This document shows positions 63,093 through 64,000 of a stretch of 64,000 bases of DNA, one piece after another. Below the pieces are notes generated by a model. That model was not told the origin of the DNA and did not search any database. It worked only from the letters and a program-made list of their open reading frames with translations. Position numbers and translations under genes: made by a program. Within the stretch, counting starts at the first letter, position 1; every line of letters begins with the position of its first letter. This stretch comes from an uncultured cyanobacterium (lineage in GTDB: Bacteria > Cyanobacteriota > Cyanobacteriia > Cyanobacteriales > Cyanobacteriaceae): contig CAVQBA010000006.1 of assembly GCA_963710605.1 (NCBI GenBank), forward strand, positions 448,001-512,000, written 5' to 3'.

Positions 63093-64000
63093 ATGAGTAA
63101 AGAAGCTCTTGTTGTCGGTATTAATAATTATCAAAGTGAAAGATTACCACATTTAAAAAGTCCCGCTGACGATGCAGAAGCAGTGGCTCAAATCTTAGAA
63201 AAACATAGTGATTTTACCGTTAACAGATTACCTTTAGGCATTCTAGCTGATACCAAAGCTGACATCGTTAATCCTAACTCGGAGATCGAAAAAAACGAAT
63301 TAAAACAAGCTCTAGAAAAACTATTTACCCCTCAAGGAAAAAATATTCCCGATACGGTATTACTATACTTTTCAGGACATGGAATTAGAGAAGAAGGAGC
63401 TGTTAAAGAAGGTTTTTTAGCTTGTAGTAATGCCTTAGTGACAGATGGTTTAATTTCCTTACAGTGGTTGAGACGTTTATTACAACAAAGCCCGATTCCT
63501 ACTCAAATTATCTGGTTAGACTGTTGTCATGCAGGGGAGTTACTTAACTTTCAAGAAGCTAACCCCGGCAATCAAGGCAAAACTCAAAATCGCTGTTTTA
63601 TCGCTTCATCAAGAGATTATCAGTCTTCCTTTACCAGCTTAAAATCCAAACATAGCGTTTTTACGGAAATTTTATTATCTGCTTTCAATTGCGAAAGTTT
63701 ACAAGAATCCATCACTAATTATAACTTAGTTGATTACATCGATCGTCATTTGCAAACACCTCGTCAAAAACCTATTTATAGCAACTTTGGTGAAGTGATT
63801 GAAATACTTCCTCATCGATTTGTAGAAGATACTCAAGAAAATTTTGATAATAATATAACTGGCGAAAACTATTATATTTGTCCTTATAAAGGTTTAGAAT
63901 ATTTCACCGTTGATGATGCTCAATATTTTTATGGTCGAGAAAAATTAACCGATGAGCTATTAAATCATATCCGAGAAGATAACTTTATGGCAGTAGTGGG
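63093..64000 (+). CDS. Caspase-like C14 peptidase fused to an nSTAND1-type NTPase (runs off the window)
   Basis: MSKEALVVGINNY, LLYFSGHG, WLDCCHAG, then in-frame CPYKGLEYF...FYGRE...FMAVV; absent from the ORF track. Confidence 0.88.
   Translation, partial: MSKEALVVGINNYQSERLPHLKSPADDAEAVAQILEKHSDFTVNRLPLGILADTKADIVNPNSEIEKNELKQALEKLFTPQGKNIPDTVLLYFSGHGIREEGAVKEGFLACSNALVTDGLISLQWLRRLLQQSPIPTQIIWLDCCHAGELLNFQEANPGNQGKTQNRCFIASSRDYQSSFTSLKSKHSVFTEILLSAFNCESLQESITNYNLVDYIDRHLQTPRQKPIYSNFGEVIEILPHRFVEDTQENFDNNITGENYYICPYKGLEYFTVDDAQYFYGREKLTDELLNHIREDNFMAVV

Overview
AT-rich cyanobacterial chromosome segment with dense HIP1/CGATCG sites; gene content suggests a Geminocystis/Cyanobacterium-like unicell (inference). 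A housekeeping backbone (pgi, tpiA, folP, bioF, ftsI, lpxA, fabZ, dnaK, glmU, codA, tmk, pheS, hisS, an hli gene, an apcG-like gene) carries several accessory blocks. (1) An RloA/RloB-type defence pair. (2) Three orphan, partly immunity-like ORFs separated by palindromic repeats. (3) Best candidate for a new system: a class II lanthipeptide-like cluster (lanM, C39-ABC lanT, one LanA, HlyD) divergent from an SLH/OprB porin. Strong Fur boxes sit at the porin, lanM and lanA promoters, the LanM cyclase lacks two of three Zn ligands, and the precursor core is Cys/His-rich with an acidic tail. The divergent promoter is duplicated around a VapBC-like module. (4) A DUF262-DUF1524 nuclease. (5) A copper island (proteobacterial-type copAB, DUF411, CopRS/RppAB, CopR boxes) interrupted by an IS605-group element. 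(6) A Trypco1-like gene divergent from a caspase-STAND NTPase gene at the right edge. Thirteen apparent frameshifts or stops in nine genes can all be repaired by restoring GATC or GGACC, so they are most likely methylation-linked sequencing errors rather than pseudogenes. No rRNA, tRNA or CRISPR array was seen.
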